Under the pieces are notes generated by a model. It had not been told where the DNA came from, ran no database searches, and saw only the letters and a list, made by a program, of their open reading frames with translations. DNA of 64,000 bases from assembly GCA_013115145.1 (NCBI GenBank), contig JAAPAO010000083.1, positions 23,035 to 87,034 on the forward strand, read 5' to 3'. Source of the DNA: Perkinsus chesapeaki ATCC PRA-425 (lineage: Eukaryota; Protista; Perkinsozoa). The position numbers and the translations under genes are program-made. The first letter of the stretch is position 1. The number at the start of each line of letters is the position of its first letter. This document shows, one piece after another, positions 47,753 to 59,145 of the stretch.

Positions 47753-48736
47753 TTAGCTATGGTAGAGCTCATTCAGCTGATGTCTTTTCTCTGTGATAGT
47801 GAATACTGAGTCCTTAGATGTGGAGACACCTTCATGCGTAGCACTCACGAACGTCGGATGATTCTTATTTAATAGGAACGCGCCTTGCGAATCATACTGA
47901 AAAATATACCACGGTTCAGAATAATATTGTGCAAAGCGTGATAGATAATTAGCTCCATACTGATGAACGAAAACAGAGACATTGTTGGGCGGCTGTACAT
48001 CCACCTTACCGACTCCTAGAGAGTTGATACTGATAGGGCCAGGGGTATGGTAGGAATAGATAATATTCAAGGGTTCAGGTAAAGAAGGATTGATTTGAAC
48101 TTGGTCAACTACACCAGATCCATCAAGCGTATTAACGGCGATGTAGAGGAAGGTGTCGTAGTACTCTACACCGACCACTGTACCTCTCCTTGGGTAAGGA
48201 ATAGTACGATACTTAGTACCGTCGTAGGGCACCCTGAGAAGCTCTAGAGATCCTTTCTGTGACCTGGGCCGTACAGCATATATCACACTTGTCGCCGGAT
48301 CCCAGGCCATAGCAGCTACTGGCTTTGGTCGAGTTATTCCATCGTTCATAACTAACTGTCTGGTAGTGTTCCCATTCAACCTTACGTATATATTGCCGGT
48401 ATTACCACCATAGCAATACAGGAGTGCATCATTTGGGCCTTTTGCAATTGGTCCAACCTCAGCCAGTGACACAAGGTCCGCGGACGATCTGGTGTGTAGA
48501 CCATATTCTCTAACATAACCCTTAGCTGCCAATGACGTATATACCATAGAGATCTTCGTCAAATCGTGAACGTCTTTAAGGTAAAATTGGTTCACTTCCC
48601 TCGGAGGAGATTTAGCAATCCCCATTGACCACCAGTAAGCCAGCTGGGGAGTAAAAGACCGGTGTACACTTTCACTCCGCACGAGCTCAGATGACAACAG
48701 GATCATGGTCGCCCCGATGATTAGTGAAGGAGTCAT
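47753..48736 (-). CDS. Intronless secreted hypothetical protein, beta-rich (beta-propeller-like)
   Basis: Uninterrupted ORF (343 aa from first Met); MTPSLIIGATMILLSSELVRS signal-like; AMAWDPATSVIYAV resembles a YWTD/propeller blade. Confidence 0.7.
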   Translation of the reverse strand: MTPSLIIGATMILLSSELVRSESVHRSFTPQLAYWWSMGIAKSPPREVNQFYLKDVHDLTKISMVYTSLAAKGYVREYGLHTRSSADLVSLAEVGPIAKGPNDALLYCYGGNTGNIYVRLNGNTTRQLVMNDGITRPKPVAAMAWDPATSVIYAVRPRSQKGSLELLRVPYDGTKYRTIPYPRRGTVVGVEYYDTFLYIAVNTLDGSGVVDQVQINPSLPEPLNIIYSYHTPGPISINSLGVGKVDVQPPNNVSVFVHQYGANYLSRFAQYYSEPWYIFQYDSQGAFLLNKNHPTFVSATHEGVSTSKDSVFTITEKRHQLNELYHS

Positions 48737-49772
48737 TGATGCGAAGTAATTGAAAAAAGGTCGATGCACCTGAATCCAATTCAATCAAGCCCACCCTAAA
48801 CCATCAAACTGAATCGGGCAACCACAGAGTCAGAAAAACAAGTGTTCGATAGCTTTTGAAAATGGGTTTTTAACTTTGCTGCCCACCAGGGGTTCCGTCC
48901 GTTTTTTCGTCTGTTAATACGTAGCAAAAATGCACGCATGCGCACTGTGACAACCAAACGGTCACAACCGCGCTGGTGTCACAGAAAAAAACAACATACA
49001 AATGAAAAGACAGAAAAAAAACCGGGTCGCTCGCACAACGGACCAGAATATCAACCAGTTGACCATAAAGTCCTTAAAAGATGAACGTGCAACTCTTCCG
49101 CAGCATTTTCTGCCTCTTCCACTGCACAGAAACATTTGTACTATACTGTAGTTGTAAGGAAGTGGATTATGTCTATTTATTAGCATAGGCTGTGTCACTC
49201 GATGTGCACTAGTTTGAGATTAGCTGTACTAGGATTTCAGTATAACTTAGTCAGTGTAGGTAGCTGAGAATGGTTATCTTTTCACTCTCCTTTATATGGT
49301 TATCCTTTTGCGCAGTTTGCTATCAGCTATGTGGTGCACACAGTTGCACGCATACGCTAGAGTTTTCTGCGTACTTAATAAGCCTTGGGTTCGAAGTTCT
49401 TGCTGGCACTCGACATAGTATACCAATTATAATACAATGTAATATCATAATAATTATTTTTATTCACGCCTGTAGCCTTTAGACTGGGGGTAATAATTGG
49501 TGGTAACTGTTAAATCTGGTGAAACTTGTCCTAGGCCATGCGCGCTATCCTTCCCGTCTTGAGCGATGCGCATCGACCGGTATCTGCGTGCGCACTTGGC
49601 ACATTCCACGGTTACAGTGAACGCTTGTTTCACATGTTGTAGTAGTAAATGATGTATAGTCTCTTGGAGCACTGAATGGTACTCCTGACCAAAGTTCTTA
49701 TACAACTTCTGCACAGTTATCTGACAGCAAGGATTCACGCCGTATCCGCCCCACGCTACCGTCGCGTACAGT

Positions 49773-49794
49773 TACCATGTCATGGTAACCATGA
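49773..49794. other. 22-bp 7-8-7 scar (T=taccatga)
   Basis: taccatg|tcatggta|accatga. Confidence 0.9.
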
Positions 49795-49974
49795 TGGATA
49801 TGCCAAATATGGGTCAGGTAGACCATATTTGTGGCATTTAGAGTAGGTTTGAAGCCTGTACTGATATTGCCACTGTATGGTGATCCGTAAGAATGATGTA
49901 TGAGGGAACACTTTCGCGGGGTAACTCAACAGTAACACAAATCTCCAAACTCTGAAACTCTTCGCCATTCAACT

Positions 49975-50634
49975 TTAATCAAGCATTCCCATGATCTCTC
50001 TCTTCATTGAAGGAATCCCTCCTTGGGTGGCTAACCTCGAACTCCGACGGACTGTGGAGCTCCTAGGTTCGTCTTTTATCATGACAACCTCTGCCTCGGC
50101 CGATGGTGATGATGCAGATTTCTTATTTGTCAGTTTAGCTTTACCATTGCCGTCTCCTTCCTTTTTGGTTTTGCTTTTTTCATTAGAAGACTTCGCTGCT
50201 GCCTTCTTAGGACCGGGGGCACTCTTGCCGCGCTTTGCATGTGAATCCTTCCTCTCATCCAGGGGCCGCTTAGGCGCGCTTTCTAATCCTCCAGAAAGAT
50301 TTACCACTCCACTGCTTTCGCTTACCTTAACCGGCTCACCTTCAAATGTATCAACGAATACATTAACAGTGGGGAACTTCAACGTCCCTATGACGCCGCG
50401 TCTGGCAAGTTCAACAGCATCCCTCCATGCATCTCTGTGGAACAGGCACTTATCACCGACATCGTCCAGATATGTAAATTCAAGGTTCAGCTGCCCACGT
50501 GCCAACTCTGGCCATTGATCTCTTACTATCTCAGCTAGTCTTTTATAATTATCAGGCGAGTCGTTCTGCATGAGCCTTCTACTCTTTTGGCCTTTGTAGT
50601 GGAATTTGAATACGATTTCTACCATTCTCTGCAA
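49975..50634 (-). CDS. Intronless hypothetical protein with PB1-like N-terminal domain and Lys-rich tail
   Basis: IVFKFHYKGQKSRR..LEFTYLDDVGDKC (OPCA-like acidic motif); low-complexity basic C-terminus. Confidence 0.65.
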   Translation of the reverse strand: MQRMVEIVFKFHYKGQKSRRLMQNDSPDNYKRLAEIVRDQWPELARGQLNLEFTYLDDVGDKCLFHRDAWRDAVELARRGVIGTLKFPTVNVFVDTFEGEPVKVSESSGVVNLSGGLESAPKRPLDERKDSHAKRGKSAPGPKKAAAKSSNEKSKTKKEGDGNGKAKLTNKKSASSPSAEAEVVMIKDEPRSSTVRRSSRLATQGGIPSMKREIMGMLD

Positions 50635-51406
50635 AACCGAAAAAGTCTAGGATGCGGAACATTCTCAGCGTAACTTTTGGTCTTCTTTACACTACTGCAA
50701 GTTACCCGAGGCGTTGGCTTCAGAACTTTGCGCGCCTAGTTCCCTCCACTTCAATCGCCGCCAACGATTCGTTGGACTTTAAGAACGAAGTAGTTCAATT
50801 GTGTCACCGTGCGGGGCGTTACAGTGACAACTATACAATCCTTTATTACAAACTCTCTCTTCCCTCGAGCAGATGTTCAATAGGCTTTTTGGGGTAGAGA
50901 AATACGATAGTGGGCACCTTATTACGCAAGTTGGGGAGTGACTGAAATTACATATAAAACTTTCTTGCCTCATTTGTCGGTGTTTGGATCAAATATTCGC
51001 TTCACGCTTCTTACAAACTGTAAACGAGCAATATGTAGAAGCGGATTGACTTACTGTAGTATAGATACGCCCAGGGGAATCATCTGGGGTGCAACATATA
51101 TACAGTGTAACTTAAAGACATAAGCAAGTCTTATAAGAGCACTCCCTCACACACATTCAAAGCCTTCAGGGTTCGGGAAAGGCCAGTGAGTGCGACGGAT
51201 AACACTCTAACTCAAGCACTTACGCGCGAAGGTAAGACATGGCTTTAATAAACATGCAATAATTTCACTGACCGTACAATCAAAGCTAGCCAGAGATTCA
51301 ACAGCATAGGTACGTTAAGTACACCACAGCAACCATACACGGGTAATGCTAAGGGAACAGACACTTGAGATATCCACTGCGATTTGCGAGCTGCTTTTCC
51401 CAATCT

Positions 51407-52200
51407 CTAAGGTCTCAAATTTCGGCGATGACCGGATAGAACATGAGAGAGCGCATACGCAAGCATACTATCGCGAAAGCTCTCGCAAAAGTCTGAGGCC
51501 ACCTTGGTTTCTGTTAGTGTGTCCAAGTCGTCTATGAGGTCGACTGCCACTATAACTTCCTTTCGAGAGGCACTGTCTCCCGCATCTTCGGGATCGTATC
51601 CATATTCTAACGTGTCAATGAAGCTGTCATCCTGATCCATTAGTCCAGCACCATGTAAGAATTGGTTCAGCTCCTTGCCCCCTATTGCTTCGGTATTCTC
51701 ATCCCACAGAAGATGGATTAAACATTCTTCAATGAATGTACCATTCAGGCCGTCTCGAGAGAAGTGTCTTCGTATTTCAGATCTGTAGGGCACCACCGCT
51801 CTTATAGTGTTGCCTCCTGGCCCTGCAAACACCAGTTCTGCTTCATTTTCACCATTTATATCGCAGAATGAAACGAGTGCTTTCCAGTCAACTGCCTCAA
51901 CGGTGAACACTTTCCCAGGTAGGGACCAAGGATTGGGAATAGATCGCGGAGGCAGAGTGCTGTGTACCACACTGATTAAGATGCCAACGAGCGCTGCCGA
52001 AACCATTTCACAAGCTGAGAAGAGAGCATTCGTTTTGGTCGCCGAATCAGGGGAATATCCTATCCTGTTGAGGATCCAAAGATGGGCGTCGAGTGTTCCT
52101 CGAGGAATCAACGCATTTCGGAGACGGCTCAGTCGGGCTAAGGAACGGAGTCTCTTAGGGTTGGGCGGAGCGGTGTTGGCAAGGATGTCTCTTTCATACG
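51407..52200 (-). CDS. Hypothetical protein, long terminal exon (>=234 aa); upstream exons likely
   Basis: Open frame from ~52200 to stop at 51407 with no in-frame ATG; AG acceptor-like site at its start. Confidence 0.6.
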
Positions 52201-53209
52201 CTCAAAATACGGAAATACCCACCGCCTGTGGGCCTACATCTAGCAGTGCTGTCGCTGCGCTGAACCGTTTTTCCCGTTTTTCTCTCGGCCGTTACCCTGA
52301 TGTCAGAGTGGAGCTCAGCTACATGAACGGTTAACGGCCTTAGAGGCAAGAATGTGTGCATCGCATTGAATATACCAATGTACAACACCTACTCAGAATA
52401 ACGCTAGAAATGTTCGTATAATAAAAGATATTACGTGTAGCGTCGGGTACTGTTGCGTTCAACACAGGTTGAATGCGTAGGTCATGACTGGATCAATACA
52501 CCATGTGGACTAGCGGAATGTATATCTGGAAGCTCCACTATGCAGCCGAACTCTCTGGCTCTCCCAGTGCAATGAAGAAGGCAACGGTGGAATTTACATG
52601 GTAATGTAGTCCAGCTGTCGATGTGCGCGCAGCAGGGGGCAATACCCGACGCCAGGCGTAGAAGGTTCCACACAAACCAAGGGACCAGGTATATCCTGCC
52701 GAGATGAGCTCGCCGAGAAACGTATGGAAACTTGCAGATGTCGCTCTTTCAACAACTGTTTACCGTAATGTAAAACCCCTGGTTCACAAGCCCCCTTTCC
52801 TCAACGACCAGAGGCTGGGGGAAGGACAATGGGAATGGATATGTTCTGTAAAATTCTATCAAGCACGTGCCTAACCGTGACTTTCCTAGACCTTGACTCG
52901 CAAATGACCCGCGCAACCCGTCTCTGGGGTACATCATGTTCCAGTTCTTTATGCTTTTTTCAGCCTGCATTCTCCCCCAAAGCAATACAAAGGTGTACTC
53001 GGTGGCACAGAGGCCTATTTTATGGGTAGAGATCTTGCCTCCTTCGGTCACAAAATGCTTAGACTTCGGAGAGGATCCACCAGCCTTCGCAATGAGGAAG
53101 TGGTTGAGTTATTTTTCTTCACTTTGCCGGTTCGGAGGGTTTCTTTCAAGAATATTACTACTACAACAACTCAGCACATCTATATGGTAGAAACAGTACG
53201 TAAAGCTCT

Positions 53210-54484
53210 CTATTCTCGTCTTGCTTTTTTACAACACCTTTCGCATTGGCATGTAAACCCGTAGGCATCAAGCTGTTTCTGCCTCTCCTCGGCAGAATCT
53301 TCTTCGACATCACAATAGCTAATCGTCAGTTCATCGCCTTTCCCGATGGAGCCGGCCTCCGACACATTAGCCACTAAAGTGGCACCGTCACCGGAGAACT
53401 CTGTCTCCACGTTTGGGCGACAAGAATGGTTAACACATGACAGTAGGGGGAAGACGGCCCATCCTCGATAATGGGGGCAGAGGGACCGACTATCAACCAC
53501 AACACCTTCGCCCAAATCAACTTCAACGAAATCATCTGCCTCATCGTCACCTTCCTCCTCAACGGGTTTTACATCTCGGACAAGATCGCGCAAGGAAGTA
53601 ACATCGGCGTCGACCTGTGATATAGCCAAAAGATATTCTGTAAGGGGATTCGGGTAAGTGACCATTATAGCGTTACGGCAAAGTTTGCCGAGCAAGCCAT
53701 TGAGGCCGTCGAAGGTAGCCAACTTCTTCGTTTCAGCATCACCGTTATTCGCAACCAACTCTGTCATCGCCTCGGCACCCTTCTTCAATGTGCATTTGCA
53801 ATCCTCTACGAACCTGTTAGCCTCCTCGGAATCATCCGGCATGTCCACACAATCCCAGTAGCTCTGGTCACCACCACAAAGCCGTCGGACACCCTCTCTT
53901 AGATCGTCATCGGCACCGAAGAAACCGAGTACCACTTTAGCGGCCAGAAGAAGATATTCCATGTCGTGTTCCCGAGCAACCTGACGGATCTTCCGGCCGG
54001 CATCAGTTGCCCATAGAGGACGATGGACATTTTCAAAACCATCTCGACAATGTACGGAACAGAACAGCAATATGTCATTATCAACTTTGATAACGCATGG
54101 CGTCTCTTCAGTAAGTCGTGCGCCTTCTTTGGGGACTTTGGGCAACTCGGGAGTGAACAGCCATTCCTCAACAGCAGCCTCTTCCTCACCCTCGAACACT
54201 TCTGCCATCTTCTCAAGATCAACCGAACCGAGACCGAACTTCAGTTGCAGTTGAAGTGACCCAACAAACCGACCGCACGTTTCGCAAACGCACAACGGCC
54301 TGTCATATGATCTCACCAAGGCGCCGAGTAGAGGGCGTTCAGCCCACAGAGTCTCGCCGGCTTCTAGCGTTTCAGTTGCATACAGACCCACACCACGATC
54401 ATCAGTATTTCGGGCTTCCAGATGAAGATCTTCGCTGCCGATGGCAGAGATAAGCTTCGTATAGTAATCGAGCGAGGGTGACAT
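53210..54484 (-). CDS. SET and MYND domain lysine methyltransferase (SMYD5-like), single exon
   Basis: RGVGLYATETLEAGETLWAERPL, CETCGRF..FCSVHC, FPLLSCVNHSCRPN, ELTISYCD, YGFTCQCERC. Start taken at MSPSLDYY (alternative 54556). Confidence 0.9.
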   Translation of the reverse strand: MSPSLDYYTKLISAIGSEDLHLEARNTDDRGVGLYATETLEAGETLWAERPLLGALVRSYDRPLCVCETCGRFVGSLQLQLKFGLGSVDLEKMAEVFEGEEEAAVEEWLFTPELPKVPKEGARLTEETPCVIKVDNDILLFCSVHCRDGFENVHRPLWATDAGRKIRQVAREHDMEYLLLAAKVVLGFFGADDDLREGVRRLCGGDQSYWDCVDMPDDSEEANRFVEDCKCTLKKGAEAMTELVANNGDAETKKLATFDGLNGLLGKLCRNAIMVTYPNPLTEYLLAISQVDADVTSLRDLVRDVKPVEEEGDDEADDFVEVDLGEGVVVDSRSLCPHYRGWAVFPLLSCVNHSCRPNVETEFSGDGATLVANVSEAGSIGKGDELTISYCDVEEDSAEERQKQLDAYGFTCQCERCCKKARRE

Positions 54485-55321
54485 TCGCACTGCAAAGATT
54501 TTACTCGACTTTTTCCAACACAATAGGGAGCTTGAAAAAGTCATGAAACACGCCACACTTCATCAGAAACCATCTCAGCTATTCACTCGACTTTTTGCAT
54601 CCTCTCCACCTCTGGCGTGCCGGCGTGATTGAAGATGCCAGGCCTGACGGATTGTGTAACGTTGCGGTTGGACGACAGACTCACCAGAAACCGGCATATC
54701 TGAACCGCGGCTTGGCCTCCTCGGGGAAAAAATCCGATGCGACCAGTTGCCTGAACGAGACGAATGCTACGGCAAGGATATCTGGATCTCGTTCTACCAC
54801 AAACGCATGTTTGCCGGTCGCATGACCGAACTTATTCAAAAGGCAAGACCGTAGCAAAGGACTCATCTGCCCTCAGAGAAGTTAATTCCTTGGGGAACAC
54901 AGAACGTTACTAGTGCGGATGAGATATGGTAAAAAGGTTGCTAGGAAAGACCCCCAGAGGAGAGAGGAATGCATCCTTTCTTATTTGGTGGTCATGTATA
55001 GTTCTCATTAGCGGCCCACGACGACCCAGCTCGGACACCAATCTTCCCACCTTCGTTCGTAGTGCTGATGTCTTATCCGATACCTCCATCTGTGATCATA
55101 TCGAAATGTTAACACTCGACGACGATGAACTGTTCGCCTGTTCGAAAATATTATGTCATCATTCGACACAATGTCAAAGCTACCAAGTTGTCTTCTTTTT
55201 TGGTGCGGCCAAATCGACCAACAAAATTCGACCGAGTGATAACATTTACAATGACGACAAAACTGATAGAAAAAACGCCAACAAAACAGCCAACAAAACC
55301 CATTTGCCCTTCAATGGTAAA

Positions 55322-58300
55322 TCACGTTGCAGGTTCATCTTCATCACCGCTAATGCTCGGACATACTGACGAAGCGTCAGGAGACGACACCACTGACGGG
55401 CTCGGTGTCGGGGCGACCGAAGGTGGCGCATCTTTCTTTGATCGCTTCCGCCTACCGCTGCTCTCTTTGCCACTTTTGCTGCTCTTGCGTTTGGAGGCTT
55501 TGCTCGAGCTGGCCTAAATCACACAAAGCTGGCTCAGCAAGTGAGACAGGAATGAATTCTTCGCTGACCGTATTTCATCTCCTTTGGTTGGTCGTACCAA
55601 AAAAGTACCTTTTCTATGATTTTACCGCGGGTCTTATTTCGCGCACAAGTAAGAGTTCCTCCTAGTACCAAGAACTACCGCACCAGCTGCATAAGCTGTG
55701 TGGTTTGAAGAGCCCGAAAGTGGGAAGGCATCTTCAGTAGCGCTACACCTCAATAAAGCCAAATAGAGGGATTGGTGAAGAAGGCAGCTTCAGCCACCCA
55801 GGCATCCACATACTGTACAACGGTACAGCTCTCCCCTCTTTGCCCTCTCGTGAAATTCAATGCTCAAATACACGGCCGCTTTCATGTATGAGCGAAGATC
55901 CCCAACTGTAGCGAGTTTTAAAACCCAATCAATTCCGACATTGAAGAATTGTGCTCCCTACGATAAGGCCTTGATGAATTGCCTAGCCCAGCGGACCAGT
56001 GCCGGCACTGGCGGTTGAGATATCTTACCCGCGATTCCTCTCCTGCCAACGTTCGCAGTCTGGTCCTTTCAAACTTCTGCCTGTATTTAACAAGCTGCAT
56101 CATCAACGTCGGGTCAAACATGATCGGGTCAGATCTGTTTTTCTCAAAGTCGTCGAACAGTACGGATATCTGATGAAAACAACACCACCACTCGATAAAA
56201 TAATTGTTCACAAAAGCTCCACGTTAGAGTGGCAACTTGACGATGCCCTCCCCGCAACTCAGTCTTATCTCCTCAAAAGTTCGGCGAAATCAAGGTAACG
56301 TATGGAGTGCGGCAACAGCATGAAAATTCATCTCTGTTTTGGGTATTGAATTCTCTATCATTGCCCTCTCCAATATTCATTATTTCGCATCCCTCCTGCT
56401 CCGCGGAGAACTGGTGCGGTCGTGCTGATCTCAGTCGAGCTGATGATGTCACACGGAAGCGTATAATCGCTGAGAAAGTGGGCGAATATTTCCGCTCGTC
56501 GTTGAATTTCGGCTTGAACATAATCTAATAATTACATAATCATCGCAGTTTTTCCAGCGTCTTTCAAAAACCGCCAACCACCTTGCTTTCCCTTTACCTG
56601 TCTCAACGAAGATTCCAACTCCTCCGGTGTGGCTCCCTCCTCAGCACCCATCTCACTAATTATCTTACACACAACCTCGATACCCTTCCCGGCCGTCGAG
56701 TTTGCTACAACGGTCGACCACACGCTCGCGATCGAGCAGGCTGCCAAAGTCCCAGCTGGGAAAGTCGCCACAGCATCACAGTACCTGCTGAACGAGCATC
56801 AAATAATTGTGAGAGAGCTCATCGAGATGCATTCAAGACGGGCTTGGATCAGAAGTAGCAACCAGCAATAATTCTAGTTTTGTAAGCATACGTTCAAAGC
56901 AATACTTTCATCTCTACATCCATGCACACCGTAGGATCTAAAGTGATGTATAACTATGACTTCACTTCGGTCATCTCATGCCATCTAAATCTGATTGATC
57001 TGTTAAATGGTCGCAATTTATGAGTGTGCCCACAAGAACGATTCTGGTCGTTCTGTCATACCTACTTTTTATCACGTCAATATATCTCCCCGCTGCCTAA
57101 ATTCTCGCGCGCCACGAAATCCCCAAACTACTTACGACCACTTTAACGTGAGCAACTCCGAAGCATGTCGGAAGATCCTCTCTGAGGTGGGCCGATCGAG
57201 CTGAGCACTCGCCACCAACTTCCGACATATCAACAACAAAGGAGGCCACGGCTGCTCGACGACCAGGTCGTAATCAAGCCCGCTGAGCAAATCCAATTCG
57301 ACCTGACCAATAGGATCTCATCTCATCAGATCCGATCCCTCACCTCGGCCAGAATCTTTGGATCCACCACATACTTGCTGCTCCCGTCATTCGCACTACC
57401 AGGTGGAACATCAGCCATGAGCATGATTCCGCGAACGTCAGTGTCGTGAAATTCTTCCGTCTTGCACGCCAGCGATACGCAGGAGAATATTACGACCAAA
57501 GGGTCGAACTCCAACACCGAATGCCTGGAGAACGAAACAGTATTATTTTTGGTTTAATGTAGAGCGAATTTCCGGGCGCGCAAGAAAAATATAGAGAATC
57601 TAAGCCAACTCCTACAATTTGACAGTTGGAAAAATTGCGAAAATTCCAGTTTTTTTCCGAAAATATTTCGAAAAAAACCTTACTCATTTCTCACGAAACC
57701 GCCAACACTCATCAAAAAATCTACTGCGTTCCATTTCCACAGCGAACCATCTTACCGAGTGAAGAACCTTCTGAAGAAAACATTTGCCGAAAAGATGACT
57801 TCGGGCTCGATACGTGTTCGGAGGGTCGGGGATGACATGCCCACATACTGCTTCCGAAGTAGATCAGCTACATGGTCCAAAACCTGACATCAGATTTGTT
57901 CATCGTTTTCCGTAATGCGCCCTCATACACCACGAGTTAAGCAACATAACTCTAGCAAGGCATGTTTTTTTGCGATTTTTCGCTCGAGTATTCACAATAT
58001 CATTAATTCCCTTTTAAACAACTATTAGACACTTACGGTCCGTCACCTCGTGCAAAAGCATCGTGAAATATAAGCGACACGAACTCTTGCTCGGAACACA
58101 AGTTAAGCATTTTTTCATTATAGCATCTCAATGAGTAACGAATAAGTTATTTCGTCGAGGGGAGCCTGGGGATAATGGAGCAGTGATGATTAAGGCCAGT
58201 AGCAAACTTAAAGTAGGCAAACGTTGCTTGCTATTAAGGAACGTTTCAATCGAGATATTCAGTTATAAGCCTTTGCCTGTTGGGTTACAAAACACGCTGA

Positions 58301-59045
58301 AAAGTAGAGCACAATTCATCATCAGACACCAAAGCACTTACGTATGTTTCGTGAATGGGCTCGAGCAATATACCTGGATGAGCGGAAGTGCTGGCAGACT
58401 TCTTTTTGGACTGAACAACAAGCCGACATGGGATGATGTGCGGAAGGAACGCCTCAGTGTGATACGAACAATGTTATACGGCAAGACACAACCCGCGGAA
58501 CGCAGGGTTAACACATAGTCAGAGAGACTGACTCAGGAAAAGGGCAAACGGTGCACGGCAGAGCAACGCTAATTACGACAAGCTATGAAGGAAAAGCAAA
58601 CTGGTTGTGGATACGACCAGCGGGAGCTCTCAATAGATAATGTCATCGGAGATGTCCCCATTACACAGAGAGCGACACATGAGTTTGCCAGGGGCGAACT
58701 GACATATGCGACCATAAACGTATCGAGTAACGTAGCGTAAATACAGCATGCTGTTGGCGACCGTGAATTCCTCAGCCGCTGAAATTGACGTAATTATGTT
58801 GTTTGAATGTCTGCAGGTAAAAACCGACTCAGAATCGATTCTGAAATTGGCGTATCTTTCTGATCCCTGAGATGCTCGAATCGACCTCTGCTTGCCTGTG
58901 ACTTTATTATAACAGCGGTTGCACGTTGATTTGCCGCTGCCCGCTTCGCTCGAAGTTCGTCGACTGTCATCGGGAACAGGAGCGCCTCGTGATGATGGTG
59001 GTGGTGACCATGCTGCTCCGGCTTGACATCCTCTTCGGTCGCCAT
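55322..59045 (-). CDS. CCNH: Cyclin H-like protein, multi-exon; 3' exons tentative
   Basis: LLFPMTVDELRAKRAAANQRA, HSVLEFDPLVVIFSCVSLACKTEEFH, VELDLLSGLDYDLVVEQPWPPL, WYCDAVATFPAGTLAACSI; tentative basic/acidic end ..DEDEPAT*. Confidence 0.72.
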
Positions 59046-59145
59046 CAGAAAACTGAAAAAATTCCCGAAAAGATTGCGCAACAGGAAATTACAGAGAAAC
59101 ACACCGTTTTTTTGCAGTGATTTAAGCCGCGTCACGGGAGCCGCG

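Noticed and set aside
54580-54870. Small two-exon minus-strand ORF (MSPLLRSCLL..RFRYAGFW|PGIFNH..)
   Set aside because: It is plausible but short, with no homology cue; not supportable without transcripts.
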